A DNA stretch of 64,000 bases from Klebsormidium nitens (lineage: Eukaryota > Plantae > Klebsormidiophyceae): positions 62,001 through 126,000 of the forward strand of contig DF237155.1 in assembly GCA_000708835.1 (NCBI GenBank), given 5' to 3'. The position numbers and the translations under genes are program-made. Below the pieces are notes generated by a model. That model did no database searches and was not told the origin of the DNA. It was given only the letters and a program-made list of their open reading frames with translations. Positions 48,523 through 61,967 of the stretch are shown here, in pieces (the first letter of the stretch is position 1; every line of letters begins with the position of its first letter).

Positions 48523-51500
48523 CCTAAGGGTAAAGAAAGTTAGAAAGGGCTTCAGGGACCAGATAGAAACACTGAGACGTTCTGACCTCATCTGACCTCA
48601 TGTTGGAACACAGTATCTTGGCAAGCTGACCAAGTGACGCACAATGTACCGCTCAACATTTAGCTTCTCTGCGGTGAGTGGGCAATAAGCGTGGAAACAC
48701 ACAGCATTGCCTCATCTTCCAACTCATGATGCGTCTTCCAAAGCTAAGGAGGGAGGGCTATGGGGTATAAAATTCTGACATGTCAAGTGCTGAAGCAAGA
48801 TGGGGCGCAGCAGAGTCTTTGCAGGGTGCTGAGAACCAGTGGTCCTGCTCCTGTAGGCCCTAAATTGAACTCTTCTGCATTGGCTCTTCCCTGCCGGCTA
48901 AAGAAAAGGCTTCACCAACAACTGGACACTGCAAAATAACCTTTGTTGCACGCCTTATCGACAGCGAGAGGGCAGCAACCAGCACTCTTTTGATGCGGAA
49001 ACGAATGAGCACTCCAGGTCAAAGATGCAATCTGACCTTCAAACGGATCGCAAGTATTGCAGCGGCCTCTTTACTAAGCTCTTACAGTCTGCCCAAGGGT
49101 TTTACCTCAAGCCTCAGTTGTTGGCTTGCTATCCTTATGCGATGCTGCAGCATACCGCGGGCATACCGCCGTCCCTGATCGTGGTTTAAAGTTCTATTAA
49201 ATCTCATGCTCCTCCAAGATTGCGACACTGGTGGACCTGCCCAAAGGTCCTCTCTTCAATTCCATCTTGTAGGCAGTTGGGAATCGCGGATGGGGCGTAG
49301 CCCAGCTTATCATTGAACCAATTTCTGATGTAGCCCACATGTGCCCAGGCAAACCAGATCTCTGCCAGCTCACAGACCGATTCAGCACCACCATGTCACA
49401 GAGCCAAAAGCAAGGGCAGGTCTAGGTCTTTGACAATTGGGATCATCATTGCTTCAGGACACCTTCAAGTTCCAACCCGCCTTCCGATGAATGCCCTCCA
49501 TGAATGAATCCCAAATGGGTATGTACTGTCGTTCTTCAGAGTTTGAATTTGAAGTTTGAGCTTTCAACTTGCCTAAAAGTTGCATGACATTGAAGCAGCG
49601 CCCCCTCAATGCTCATGCAGACTCGGAGTCAAAGGCCGGGGGCTGGAATGCGACTCCTAACCGCGGGTTCGAATTTGACTAACCCCGAATCCTATCTTAC
49701 GGGGTTCAAGGAGGGAGGGGGTGCCTATCAACGGTGGCGGCTACGAGCGAAGAAGCTGCGCGCGTGCTGTAACGGGTTTCCATCGGACTGACTGTGACTT
49801 GACTCTTGAGTGTCTACGATTCTTGAACTTCATGGCGCCCTGAGATTCATCAAAGGTTGCGAATCGGCGGCTACCAATTTAATCTTCCCATCTAAATAGG
49901 TATACAATTACACTTATAACCATGATTTCACTTTTCTACTTTTCCAATTCGACAAGCACCCACAATGTCACAATGACAATCAGGTCGGATCAGTGATGCA
50001 ATGAGATAGCGAGATCTCAGATAGCCAGGTTTTGAGGCATGAGTCTGATGAGTGCTGTGGCCGCGGCACTCTGGCACGCGTACATGGGACTCTGATAAGC
50101 TGATAATTGGCCTTGGCCAACGCGAAAACTCGCGGCCGCAATCGTCTTGATTACTTCGTCCTGTAGTATCCTTAGGTATCATCCTACCTAGTTTCAGTAA
50201 TGTGATCACATGATCATCATATGATGCATGCACTCCATGTCCCGGGCCCAGATGATCGAGGTATATTCTCTCGAGTATCTTCAGCCGTTTGACTTCTGGG
50301 TCGTTGACCACGGCTCTGAGTCGGCGGATCCAGCTTCTATCAAATACATACAGTCGAGAAGGGACCTTCAAGTTCACTTCATAGAGTCTCATCGGTGAAA
50401 TTGGACACACGGTGACGGTTAATTAGCGCTATGCAGAGGTATGAACATCTAAGAGCTCAACGTAGTCGCGGCCTCGTTAGGGGACCGGTTAACGTTGATG
50501 CCAGGTTTATTCACGTAAATTAAACGCCCCCTTCATGGTGGATAAGTTGACGATACATCATGATACGATCGAGACTGCAAGTACAACATGCCTTGATGGC
50601 TTCCCTAGCTTATCAAAGCTTTGTGCCACACACATCTGCACATCCGGTAGCCACAAGACGGTTGTCTGAAGGCAAGTCACGCTGATTCAAGGTCGCGAGT
50701 TCTGAGCTACTTGGTGTGACACTAGAAATCTTTGATGAGGAGCCTGCTGTGTCTGACTTAGAGATGGTTGACCGAATTGCCTACTCAAACGGCTCGAAGG
50801 GCCGCGTCAAGCCAAAATTTTGTCAAGGAATTTGCCTCAGTTCTGACGGCCACCTTGGGAAATCACAGCCTTGTTTGAAAATCATTTGTCCAGGGGCCTT
50901 TCCTCTACATTGCACCGGTCATTTTTCAAACCATAATAGAAAAACAACTCTTAAGGCTTCAACTTTTCAATCAAACCTCAGAAGCTCTGGTGGTTCATTC
51001 CGTTTGACAGAGAGATCTTCAGACAACCATCAACCCAAGAGTATTGCTCTCTTTGAAGCGCTTGAGGTAATCTGCTGCATGTCAACCGCACCAAAAGGCA
51101 CTAAAATCGGAAGCACCTACCTGAGATGATTGTTGGGAAGATTAAAACTGAATGTCATTGAAAAACAATCAGAGCGCCTTGACACAGCTTGGAAGCTCCC
51201 TCTGCAAACGTTGGCTGACAAATCTGATCAAAGATGGAACTGCCAAGAGGTTGACCTGAATGATGTTTCTTTTGATTCACTCTCTCGCTGCCACATCAGT
51301 GGGTTTGACTGAACCAACAGGACACAGTGCCACAAATGTTCAATTCAGATCTTAAGCACAACCCAGAAAGCAGGCAGCGATGTTATTGAAGGCAGTAGAA
51401 ACAGCAATAATCTGGCAGTTTGCTGAAGTCTAGACTTCAATCTGGATTTATTGCCAGTACACCATGACCAAGGCAGTCAAAACCAGCTTGTTCCTATGAT

Positions 51501-51611
51501 TATGTCAAGTGCAACAAGAAGTACCTGCACCTAATGAAGGACCACCATGCTCTAACTTTGATGCTCACCGTCGAGTGGCACCTTTTACAGCAGCAGAATA
51601 TCTTTGACCTT

Positions 51612-52389
51612 TTATAGAGCTGGCTCTACTTCGGCCAGGACCTCTTTCGCGCTTTTGTATTCTTCACTTTCTTGCAAGCTTGCATCTGCCTCTCCTTCCT
51701 CCTGTATGGAAGTTGGAAACAACATGTTTAGAAGCGGATTCCATACTTGATTGTCCATCCAAAGGGTGGTGGCTGCTCCAGGTTTCATCCGTAGCAGATT
51801 GTGTGTTTCTGAGATGCAAAATAAGCAGCGTTATTTGATAAGGGCGCCAAATAGGCCAAATATGCAAAGCAGCTCACCACCGCTGACTGTAGATCCTGAA
51901 ACGCGTTCTGCAATCTCTTCTTTGCATCTGGGATCATCATTTGTGTCTCCCCCAGCACACTCTCCTGCAAGGGAAAGCCCGGCTTAGACATGGTTCATTT
52001 GCTGCTGAAGTAATTTGAAAGCATAAGAGCAGAGTTCAACATGTAAAAGCTCAGGCTAACCATGAACCAGTATGTGCAGGCCTTCGTTCAGAGACTGCTT
52101 TTGTATGAGAGTGTCACTCTTTTTCTTGTTTCAAAATTGTCAATTGAAGAATCAGAACCCAAAATAGTGAAGCACAGAACTCATGAATTGCTGTGATATC
52201 AGTGTCTCAGAAATTGGACTACGGAAGCATGAATACCTGCTGCTTCAGGTCGTGAGAGTCAGCCCCCTCTGCCTTCATCTTCTCTGTCCGAGCTAATTCC
52301 ATCTGGAGCTCCTTCTCATAGGAATTCACCTCTTTGAACACCCGCTTCAAAGTCCCCGTCTTTATTTTGATGTTCTTTTGAGACGCCAT
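51612..52389 (-). CDS. TBCA: Tubulin-folding cofactor A (Arabidopsis KIESEL ortholog), 109 aa
   Basis: Exons 52389-52237, 51964-51878, 51701-51612, all phase 0. IKIKTGTLKRVFKEVNSYEKE...DSHDLKQQESVLGETQMMIPDAKKRLQNAFQDL. Confidence 0.95.
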
Positions 52390-52814
52390 ATTGCTTTTCT
52401 CTTTATTTCTCTTTAGTGCACCTGATTTTCAACACATCGAAGGATATTAGCCAATCCGACCAATCAGGAAGCTTTCATTCAAGCATGCCCCGTTGACCTC
52501 CAAAGTTTTTGCAGCGGCTCCTAGGTTGCTGAATGCGTCAGCTCAAATGCCTCCTGCTTTCTGCGCTCGTTGAAACGACGAGCTCTTCCGTCAGCGACTT
52601 TCGGTTAGCCTCCAGCGTAGCCAGGCCCGGGCAGTTCACCATAGAGCGGCCCGCGCGATTGAGAGGTCGGTAGGTCTCAGAGCTCAGGTAGTCTAGGACG
52701 CCCGAGTTCGCAGTGCAGACTTGCACACTCTGTCTAGGGTAGGAGGATCCTAAGGCTAGAGACCGAGATCGAGGCTCGACTTGTATATTTTCGGACTGTT
52801 GGCTTTGCCGACCC

Positions 52815-52821
52815 ATTTATA
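52815..52821 (-). promoter_or_regulatory. Candidate TATA box (TATAAAT on the minus strand) for TBCA
   Basis: Lies in the 780-bp divergent interval between TBCA and the xylanase. Motif match only. Confidence 0.3.
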
Positions 52822-53168
52822 CCGGGCTCGTGTGTGTGTGTAGCTCTCAAATTTCCAAGCACCAGGTGGCATAACCCACCTCGATGACCAACTTTGTGAC
52901 AGGCACCCGAACGCCTGACCAGCTCAGGCCCCGGGCGTAATATTGGAACTTTCGGCTTACTTTAATTTACAAGGCCCCGAATGAACCGAGCGTGGGGAAA
53001 GTCCTACCGGCCACCTACCGTTGCAGCAGTAATGCACGAGGTTAACTGCTGCAACCAAGGGAACATGAGATGTCCAAAGCCCAAGGCTAAGCTAGGCGCT
53101 GCGCCTGAGCTGAGCTGAAAACCGGGTGTTGCACCACTGGCACCAAGGAGGACGCCAGGGCATCACGT

Positions 53169-56100
53169 ATGATGAACGGAGCTTCTTCTGTGACCAGCTG
53201 CAATGTTGCCACCAATCCTGACTTCGAGGCTGGCTCAACAGGATGGGGCCCGATGGGAGGGTGCCGACTGCAGATCTTTTCTGCAACACCGGGGCCGTTC
53301 ATTCAACCGCAGTCTGGGCGCAACTACCTGGTGGTTACTGGCAGGACTCAGGTGAATGATCTCAAGCCTAGAAGTGAAGAAACTCGTGATCACTGAGGAA
53401 TGCTGCACAAGAGCAGGTGATGATCAGCCCCGTCAGTACAGCGCATTCTGCCGATGACCATCACGTAGGATGCTCATTCTCTGCATGCAAGTCTTGCTTT
53501 TCCCCTCCACTGTCCCGCTGTGCTAGACCCGGAGTGATTGTGCCTCCAATGCACCATTAGAGTTCTTCAAGTCAGGACAGACTGGGTCACTGCACCACCA
53601 CCGTTTTTCAATGAGCCAATGCTGAGAACCCTGGCACTTGCTCCTCACCCCCCAGATATTCATACAGGTGGTAGGATGGCAGTCATCAAAGCAATCTGCG
53701 CTGTTTGACTAAGCTTCCCAAACTCCACTGTCACCTTTCAAGAAGTTCCTTAAAATAACTTCCCCCTTCAATATGAGCCACCACCAAGTACAGGTCAATG
53801 ATAGGTGGGGTACTGTGGGTGTTTGATCTGGGATGATTGCTCACAAGGCTTTCAGTTTGTCCAACGCAGGAGTGGGAAGGCATCTCTCAGCACCTGCAGT
53901 TTGAAAAGTCAGTTCCACATCTCATATATGCGTGGGTCCGAGTTGCAAACGCCCCCACAGCAACTGTGACGGCCACACTGTCAATCGGACAAGCCCCCAA
54001 CGTCCGATACATACCCGTTGGGAAGGTGAGAAGTTGTGACACTGAAAGTATCACAGACATGTGTGCTTGAGGACACTTGCCCCAAAGTGATGCAACAGAT
54101 ACGTTGGAATGCCAAGGAGAAATGTTTAGTGTGTGTATAAAGTGCAGATTGGTGTCTCAAGCTTCAGATCAACTTGTGGACAACGTCCAAAAATATCAGA
54201 CTCCAACGAAATGAAGCTGATTCTTCTCTATCAACCTCTTCCAGGTTGTTGCGAGTTGTAACGAGTGGGTGCAACTGGTCGGCAGCTTGCAGCTCGAAGC
54301 TGCAGACCCGCCCCTGGGTAATCTGTATTTCTCTGGTGCCCCTCCTGGAGTCGACATCCTGCTGAACAACGTCTATGTCCTGCGTGACACCCTGATTGAG
54401 CAAGTCTTGTCGTCTGCACAGCCTCAGGTATGTACTTTTGCATCGTTTTCATTTCGCTTCATGTAAGCGTATGCTGGATCTCTGAGTGCTTTCATAGGTT
54501 CTGCCGTCGGATGTTTCCTCGGAAGGCCCTTTTTCCACGGTTAAGCTTTGATACGTAGGCGTGCATGTTCTCTAAACTGACCTTCACCGATCGAAAGCGG
54601 CCTTTAAAGGTTCCTTGAAAATACTCACATGCTGCTTTCGAAAATCAACACTATTCTGCAACTCACGATTCCACCACTATACTCAAGAGGGAAAACTGAA
54701 ACGGAACAAACGAAACTCCATGATAAAGCCGACTTTCTCTTTACAGTCGGGCCCTTACAACGTTCTCCGGAACTCTGATTTCAGCGAGGGCGCCTTCTGG
54801 TGGTTCCCAGCGGGGGCCTGCCAGACCCAAGTCTTTGCGGGCAGTGCGCAGGTGTCCCCAAAAAGGTAACTCACGTTCGTTGACAATCTACAATTCTGGA
54901 TATATGTGCGTTACACCGAAGCCGTGACTCTTCACTGAGTTGGACCTTTCCCTGCTCGACTTCCTTCCGTGACCATGAGTCGAAGCCGCCATGAATGGGA
55001 ACCTGCATTTGTGAATTCAAAGCTTAAAAACTGGATGTGCCATGATCCTGTCCATCATGCACGTTTCTAACCCATCGCCTTGCTCTGCCCCAGCGGCGCG
55101 TTTTTCCTCTGCACCTACCAGAGAACGAACCCATGGGAGGGCCCCGCGCAGATGCTGACGGGCAAGCTTCGAGCGGGCTTGGAGTACCGCCTGTCCGCAA
55201 GCGTGCGGGTGGGAAACGCTCCTTCGGCACAGGTAAGAGTGACTTCCTGTCGGTCCTTCACGTCTGCCTAAAAACGTTAGCCGTTTTCACTGGGTTCAAT
55301 CTTGACCAGCGGTAATCGCGCGGAACAAGGACTGGGTTCTTGAATCATAACGAGGCGTTGCGGACATTGCTCGGGTCCTGACCTAAATGAGAATGAACGT
55401 CCTCTCGACCCTCCGTCATCGACACTTCTGTTTGCAGCCACTCGGACTTAGATAGCCGCACGTTTCTCCATCGATTTCTCGTTTCTGCAGGTGAAAGCGA
55501 GCTTGCGGGTCGAGTACGGTCAACGAAGCAGTTTCGTATACGTGGGGGCGGTCACTGCGTCCGATCAGAACTGGACCGACTTGAAGGGCGCATTCACATT
55601 GGACGAGGTGCCCTCACGCTCCCACCTCTACTTCGAAGGCCCGGCCGCGGGAGTCGACATCCTGTTGGACCAAGTGGAGCTCGCGCCGGCCGACGTAACA
55701 AGGCACTGCCGGCAGGTATTTGGCATGTCTATCTCTCAGCGCTACGTTATTGTACTTGGTGCTGGAAGACGGCAGTTGACGCCTGCGGCCTCATCCCATT
55801 CTGCTCGTCGATCCGTGCCAGGAACTTCACTGTCACCGGTTGGAAGCTTCGTGGTGCAAGATTAAGATTTCGTTCATATGGTGGTTTTCCTCTATTTCTT
55901 CCTGCCGTTCAGATGCAGAGGAATATTTTGTAAACTGACTTGACGCTTCGTTCTTTCAAGACCGTGTCAGCTTAAAGCCCATGTCAGATCGCGAAGCCTC
56001 CCAAAAGACTTCTCCCGAGCTCTCACAAGTGTCCCTTCCACAAATATCCCCAGAGCACGCCTGACGTCAAAGTAACACACTTTCGCATCGCCGTCAATGC

Positions 56101-59100
56101 CCCGGTTTGCAGAGCGCGGCTACCACCGGCGTTAACCTCGTCCAAAACCCCGACTTCCAACGCGGCACCGACTGCTGGATGCCCTTCGGAGTCACCTTCG
56201 AGCTGGTACAAACCGGGCCCCTGCTGCCCCCGGGCGGCGGTCCGTACCTGCGCGCCTGGAACCGGTCTGCCACGTGGCAGGGCCCCGCGCAGAGCTTCGG
56301 CGGTAGCACGATCAGGCCGGGGGCGGAGTACGAAGTGAAGGCACTGCTGAGGGTCGCGGGCGCATCTTGTGCGCCCCTGCAGATGGCAGCCAGGGTGAGA
56401 CGCGAGGCAGCAGAAATCTCCGCTTCGTTTCGTGTCCTGTAGGTCATCGAGAGTACTCTGTGCACGGGTGCCGAGGACGGAGACTGGGGCTCTTTTTGCA
56501 GCTTTCATGGCAAAGCAGCCAGTGGTTAAATGGTTCTTTGCAGGCCCTGACAAGGGGTAAAGTCCAGCTGCCTAGTCGTTTTGAAACATGCGACTTTCGT
56601 GCACCGCGCAGCCATTGCGTGGAGCGTCTTCAGAGTGCTTCGGTCGAACGGCCTCTGCCGCTACCCTCAATACGTGACTTTCGCAACTGAAGTTGGTCGT
56701 AAGGCATTCGCCACCGGCTTCGACCATAAGAAAGATCCCGGAAATCGCTAGCGGGAAAAGCCGTTTCTTAGAGTCCCTCTTCGGATTCAGAAGCGGACCT
56801 CGGTGAACTGTCCCTTTCCATTTTGAGACTGCATTTCTGCCGACTCACTATGCGCCCGCGGCTCGTGCTTTGCAGATCACGTTCACGGACGGCAAGCAGG
56901 ACTACCATTTTTGCGGTGACTTCGAAGCCACGGACGACGCCTGGGCTGAGCTGGCGGGCACTCTGAGCCTGGACCGGCCCGCGAAGGAGGTGCTGCTATA
57001 CGTCCAGAGCGCTCCCGCGGGAGTGGACATTCTGCTCGCGCGCATGTCGCTGGTGGAGGTCGACCTGGCGCAGCACAGGCAGCAGCTGGCGGAGCAGACG
57101 GATAAGGTGAGCGGAAAGACGTATGTGGATTCAGATGTTTTCGAGGAGGCCTGAGGAAATGGAACCGTTTGTTTTGCTTGACAGCCCTTTTGATGAAGCG
57201 CGTGAAAAGTTTGGCGTTGGACCAAATCGCCGAGTCTCGGTCGAGAAGGCCTGCTCCCATAGTCGCTGCAGGCGGCCATGCGAAGCGGATCGAATGGAGC
57301 CTACTTGCCTCTCAAAGGTTTCTTGAACAGCGTTTCGCTGTGAGACGCATTGAGCTGAATGACATTTACTGCGGGAACAATAGCTGAGAGGTCATTCTCG
57401 GATGCAGTTGCGACGGCAGGACGTCGAGTTGGTGCTGTCTGACGAGAGTGGCAGCCCGCTGGCGGGAGCGCGCATTGAAGTCAACCAGGTCAAGCGCAGC
57501 TTCCCGTTCGGCTGCGTGTCGGGACCTCGCAACGTGCAGAACAAAGTGTAAGTTGCCGGGCCTGGCACAACATGCTCTTACCCTTAGAGAAACTTTGCCA
57601 ACTCAGCTTTTACCTCTTGATTAAGCCCGCGTTGAAGTGACTGTGAGATAATCGAACAAGAAGCATGACGCGTTGATCTTGACCGCCTTGTTACAGTGAT
57701 GGCTCTGGGCCCGCGCCTGGCGTCAGGGTACGTGAGGCGAAGGAGGGACCTACAGATGAATGTTTTGAGCCTTCTGGGAAGCCTTACCGTTCCCTCCACC
57801 GCAAGGGTTCAGGATGCGACGCAATCGCCGATCTTCGCCGGCAGCGGCATCCCTCCCCGGCCGATTGTCGATCATGCTGAGGCCTCAACAGGATCATCCG
57901 CCAGCTCGGCAAATCTTTCGAACATTCAGAAGTCCTGAGAGCTGAGTTCCGATGCTGCGCAGGTGGGAGGCGTACTTTCTGAAGACGTTCAACTGGACGG
58001 TGTTCGAGAACGAGATGAAGTGGTACCATACGGAGGGCCAGCGCGGCCAGCTCAACTACCGCGACGCGGACGCGCTCATGGCCTGGGCCGACAAGCACGC
58101 GCTCAAAGTGCGCGGCCATTGCATCTTCTGGGAGGTGCGCGCTCGCGCTTAAAACCATCTACTGAAGCTTAGTCCAGTGGTTGTTTCTTTTAGAAATCTG
58201 CAGAAGCGAAGACCGGTACTTCATCCTCAAGTTCGACCAACCGTCGAATTGGAAGAGCGGTATCTCAGCATCGATTCGTGCGATGGGGGTGTCAAAGTAG
58301 TAAGTCGGGGAAGTTCATACCAGACTGATTGCCAGATTGTGAAGTTGTAAATGTGATTCAATTCCCGGTTTCCCCTTTTGCAATGGATAAGCATTCCGAG
58401 ACCAGCTCGGCCATCACACTGGAGCGTTTACCACAGGCAGTCAGAATTCATCTGGACCCGCCTGTGCATCTTCGGCCATCGCGATCAAAGATTAAAAACG
58501 GTTCGACAGGGTAAGAAGCAGACCTGACGCACTGATTGGACCGTTTCCTCACACGCACAATACTCCCCCAGGTAGAGAAGGGCGGCATCCCCGGGTGGCT
58601 CTGCCACGTGCCCCCCGCAGAGATCGCCCCCCTGGTTGAGAAGCGCCTCGAGATCGTGGAGCGGTACAAGGGCCGGCTCGCGCACTGGGACGTGAACAAC
58701 GAGATGCTGCACGGGGACTTCTTCCGGTCGCGCTGCGGGGAACAGATCATCCCGCACATGTTCCACCGGGCGCACCAGGTCGACCCGGGGTGCAAGCTGT
58801 TCGTGAACGACTTCAACGTGCTGTGCGGCGGGGACACTAATTCAGGGCCATATCGGTTGCGGGCGCAGGTGGGCGGTTGGGGAGCGGTGGTTTTTGACAC
58901 CTTCTTGTCTGTTGCGATTGCTTTTTCTTGTGTTCATGCTCAAAAGGTAGAAAAAGCGGTGGGGGTTGAGATAGCGGTCGGTTGTGACGGATGTCTCATG
59001 TGCTGTGGATTGCGTATTCTTTTGTGCTCAGTCGGTAGGAAAGCGGTGCACAACCGAAGGCGCATAACTCAGCAAGGCGGGCAGTCTCCATCAATTTTCC

Positions 59101-60315
59101 CATCGTTTTTTGTGAGTTTGGAAATCTCTTATGAGTAGGCTGCAGAGGCCCTGAGGGGCGAGACTGCATGCGAGGCGGCCTGTACTTGAGACACTATCTT
59201 TATCGTGGATCAGCAGCTCGAAGAGGACTTTTGTGTACGCCCTTCAAGCCGCTGCCGAGCCAGCGTGGGAGCCGGCAAACGACACTTGCCTATGCAGCAA
59301 CTTCAGTCCGTTCACTAATGGTTTTCGGATTCATCCTGCAGCGCAAGGCCGTCTAATGATAATTACCGCCGCACTTAACTTCTTTCCTCCGTGGTTCTCC
59401 CCAGGTACAAAAGCTGTTATCGCAGGGGGTGCCCGTGCACGGCATCGGCTGCCAGGCCCACGTGGACCGGCCCACCCCGGTGGGCGTCCGGCAGCGGCTG
59501 GACGTCCTGGCGACCACGGGGCTGCCCATCTGGCTCACGGAGCTGGACGTCAACCAGAAGGACGAGAACGAGAGGGCGGAACGGCTCGAGGTGAGGCGGA
59601 CGCTTGGCTTGGCGTATGATTGGTCAAGACAAAAAGAGAGGAATCGATGCAGGTGGGATTTAGATGTTGGTAAGATGGAGTCCAGGTTTCGGTGCCCCAG
59701 AGTCAAAGCCGGTACATGAAAGGAAAAGCCTGAAGCGGGAGGTTTTTGTGGGTGCAGAAATTGGCTCCGCTGAGCATTTGGACGTGATGTCGCACCCGCT
59801 TATTGGCCGGTCGGTCTCGACGCGTGAGCCGAGTAGACCTTTGGATCACAGGTTTCCGAACACATTGCATTTCAACATGTTACAATCATAGGGAAGCTTC
59901 GTATTGCAACCTCTTCTGAACGCCAAGCTAGTAGGAGTGTTGAGTTTCTGCGACGAAAGCCTCCTTCTTTGTGCAGGTCATTCTGCGTGAATCATTCGGT
60001 CACCCGGCTGTCGAAGGCATCGTTCTGTGGGGTTTCATGGAGGGCTTCATGTGGACCAAGGGCGGAATCTTGGTGCGAAGCGATGGCACGCCGAATGCGG
60101 CGGGGCGGTGCATGGAGGCGCTGCTCGAGGAATGGACGACCAAAGATATTTTAGGGCAGGTGGGGCCGGACGGCAAGTTTGTGTTCCGGGGTTATCTGGG
60201 AGACTACGAAGCGAAGGTGACAGGAGCGGACGGTCTGGTGAGGAAAGGCGTGTTTACACTGGAACGGAACGCGGAGACGGTGCAAGCGGTTGTGAGACTC
60301 GAGAAAGTGCAGTAG
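53169..60315 (+). CDS. GH10 endo-1,4-beta-xylanase with three N-terminal CBM4/9 (CBM22-type) modules, plant XYN1-like architecture
   Basis: About 13 exons. Three CBM repeats begin VATNPDFE, VLRNSDFS and LVQNPDFQ and end GVDILL. Catalytic domain: FPFGC, VFENEMKWY, RGHCIFWE, HWDVNNEMLHG (acid/base Glu), LFVNDFNV, GIGCQAH, LPIWLTELDV (nucleophile Glu), HPAVEGIVLWGF. No evident signal peptide. Confidence 0.95.
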
Positions 60316-61967
60316 GTACGGTCCGAATCACGGCAAGTGTATTCAATTATCGGCGCAAGTAACCAGGCGGGCGAGGTATTGATGGAAGGGGCAGAAGAGT
60401 TGAGACCCGCGAGTTGAGGCCGGTCGAATAGCGCCGGCGACCGCACAGGAGTCACAGCAAGTTGCAGCAGCCGGCCATTTTTTAAAGTCGGGCTTGTATC
60501 ATTTCTAGCTCTTAAGCACGCACATGCCCCAGCTAATATGCTCTGCGAGCCATAAAAACGGGGTCCATGACCGCATCGGGATTCGCATCAAGTTTTGCGA
60601 TTTTGGACCCACAGAGTTGATGTGCCGTGTTCGACCGAAATGCACGTCACCTGTACGTACATAGAGTTGAAGGTTATGGTATTTTCAATCCAAGCCCCCA
60701 CGATCACGTTATTCAAGCAACCCGGCGAGCAGACAACTGGCTCAAACCAACGGCATGTTGGCTGATGGGATCGAGTCTAATTTGCTGCAGCCAAAATGAG
60801 TGAGTTTTTGACTTGAGCACCAAATCCACCAGGGAGCTCTGATCTGGCTGCGCGTGCATCCACTAGTCTGTATTTCCGCAACATGGCGTTATTCGAACCA
60901 CATGACGGCCGGTCGCCATGCATGTGCTGGCAATTTAATCTAGACAGGGTCTACTTAAGTATCACTTTCCACAGTTGCAGAATATAGAGTGCAAATGATG
61001 TCAAGAGCTATAGCTGGCTCATGAGCAAGATGCAGCATCTTCTTGTTTGTAATACACGCATCCCGGACGCGCGTCAGACAGATTGCATGTTAGACAGGAC
61101 AAGAACTTAAAACATCTGACACTCTGACGACAGTCCCAAGGTGGCTGGCCCTTTGCTTAGTTGAGAACATACAGTCTTTTGTTCATATCACCACTACGGC
61201 AACTTCGCGGATATATCCACCCACTCTTGCATATCACGATCTGGCAGGCCGTTGCCATACCTGCCTGCCAAACATGGATGAATATGGAAGACCGCCTTGT
61301 TCTCGTTTACAATCCCAAGTGCAGGGTACGTATTCCGGTTACAGCTGTCAGCCACACGGCACGCAAACTTCAACAGCCCTAGTCGGAGGAAGGAACCTAC
61401 ACTTCCGAGACGTCCTTCTTCTACCGCCTGCTTCCAGGCCTTTGAGACGCGCTGCAGGCGCCCCAGCTCCCCTAGATCAAGGTCAAGTGCAGAAAGATAA
61501 CCGCACTAGATCAACACATTGACGTCATCCGGCCGGCCGGTCTTTAAAGAGGCTGGGCGCTCGTTTGGACTTGGCTTGCAAAATTGGACGCAGAACCCAC
61601 GACTCACGAGAGCATTCTGTAGAGGGCATGAGCACACTCTGTAGAGACTGCTTTCAAGCATGCCCCAAGCATACCTATGTTGCAAAATGCAGACTTGAAG
61701 GCTAGCTCCCTGTGCAGCCCAAAATCGAGGGGGAGTGCGCAAAGTGATCGGTGGGCGGACACCCGGGTGATCACCATTTTTGAGTTACGACGAAGTAAGC
61801 CCTGACAGATCGCTGTATGAATGTTCCTAACCCAAAGGGTTATTGATCACCGGGCAGGACCCGACCGACGATTTGCCCATCCCGGAGTCCAGCCACCACA
61901 GCCAGAAAGAAGTCTTTAACTGAAGTTTCATGACTAATTGGAGTGCGTTTCAAGTTCAAGTTCAACC

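Noticed and set aside
49630-49710. tRNA or tRNA-derived SINE (GGGTTCGAAT; AACCCCG/CGGGGTT hairpin)
   Set aside because: No acceptor stem, D arm or A box can be built. The segment probably belongs to the CCDC57 5' leader, with a donor GTAAGA on the minus strand at ~49700.
41745-52389. CCDC57 + TBCA as a microtubule gene cluster
   Set aside because: They are two adjacent genes separated by ~3 kb, with no shared motif seen. Chance adjacency cannot be excluded without synteny data.
52538-52816. 92-aa ORF upstream of TBCA
   Set aside because: Its ATG directly abuts the TATAAAT box, so it probably lies upstream of the TSS. No recognisable motif.
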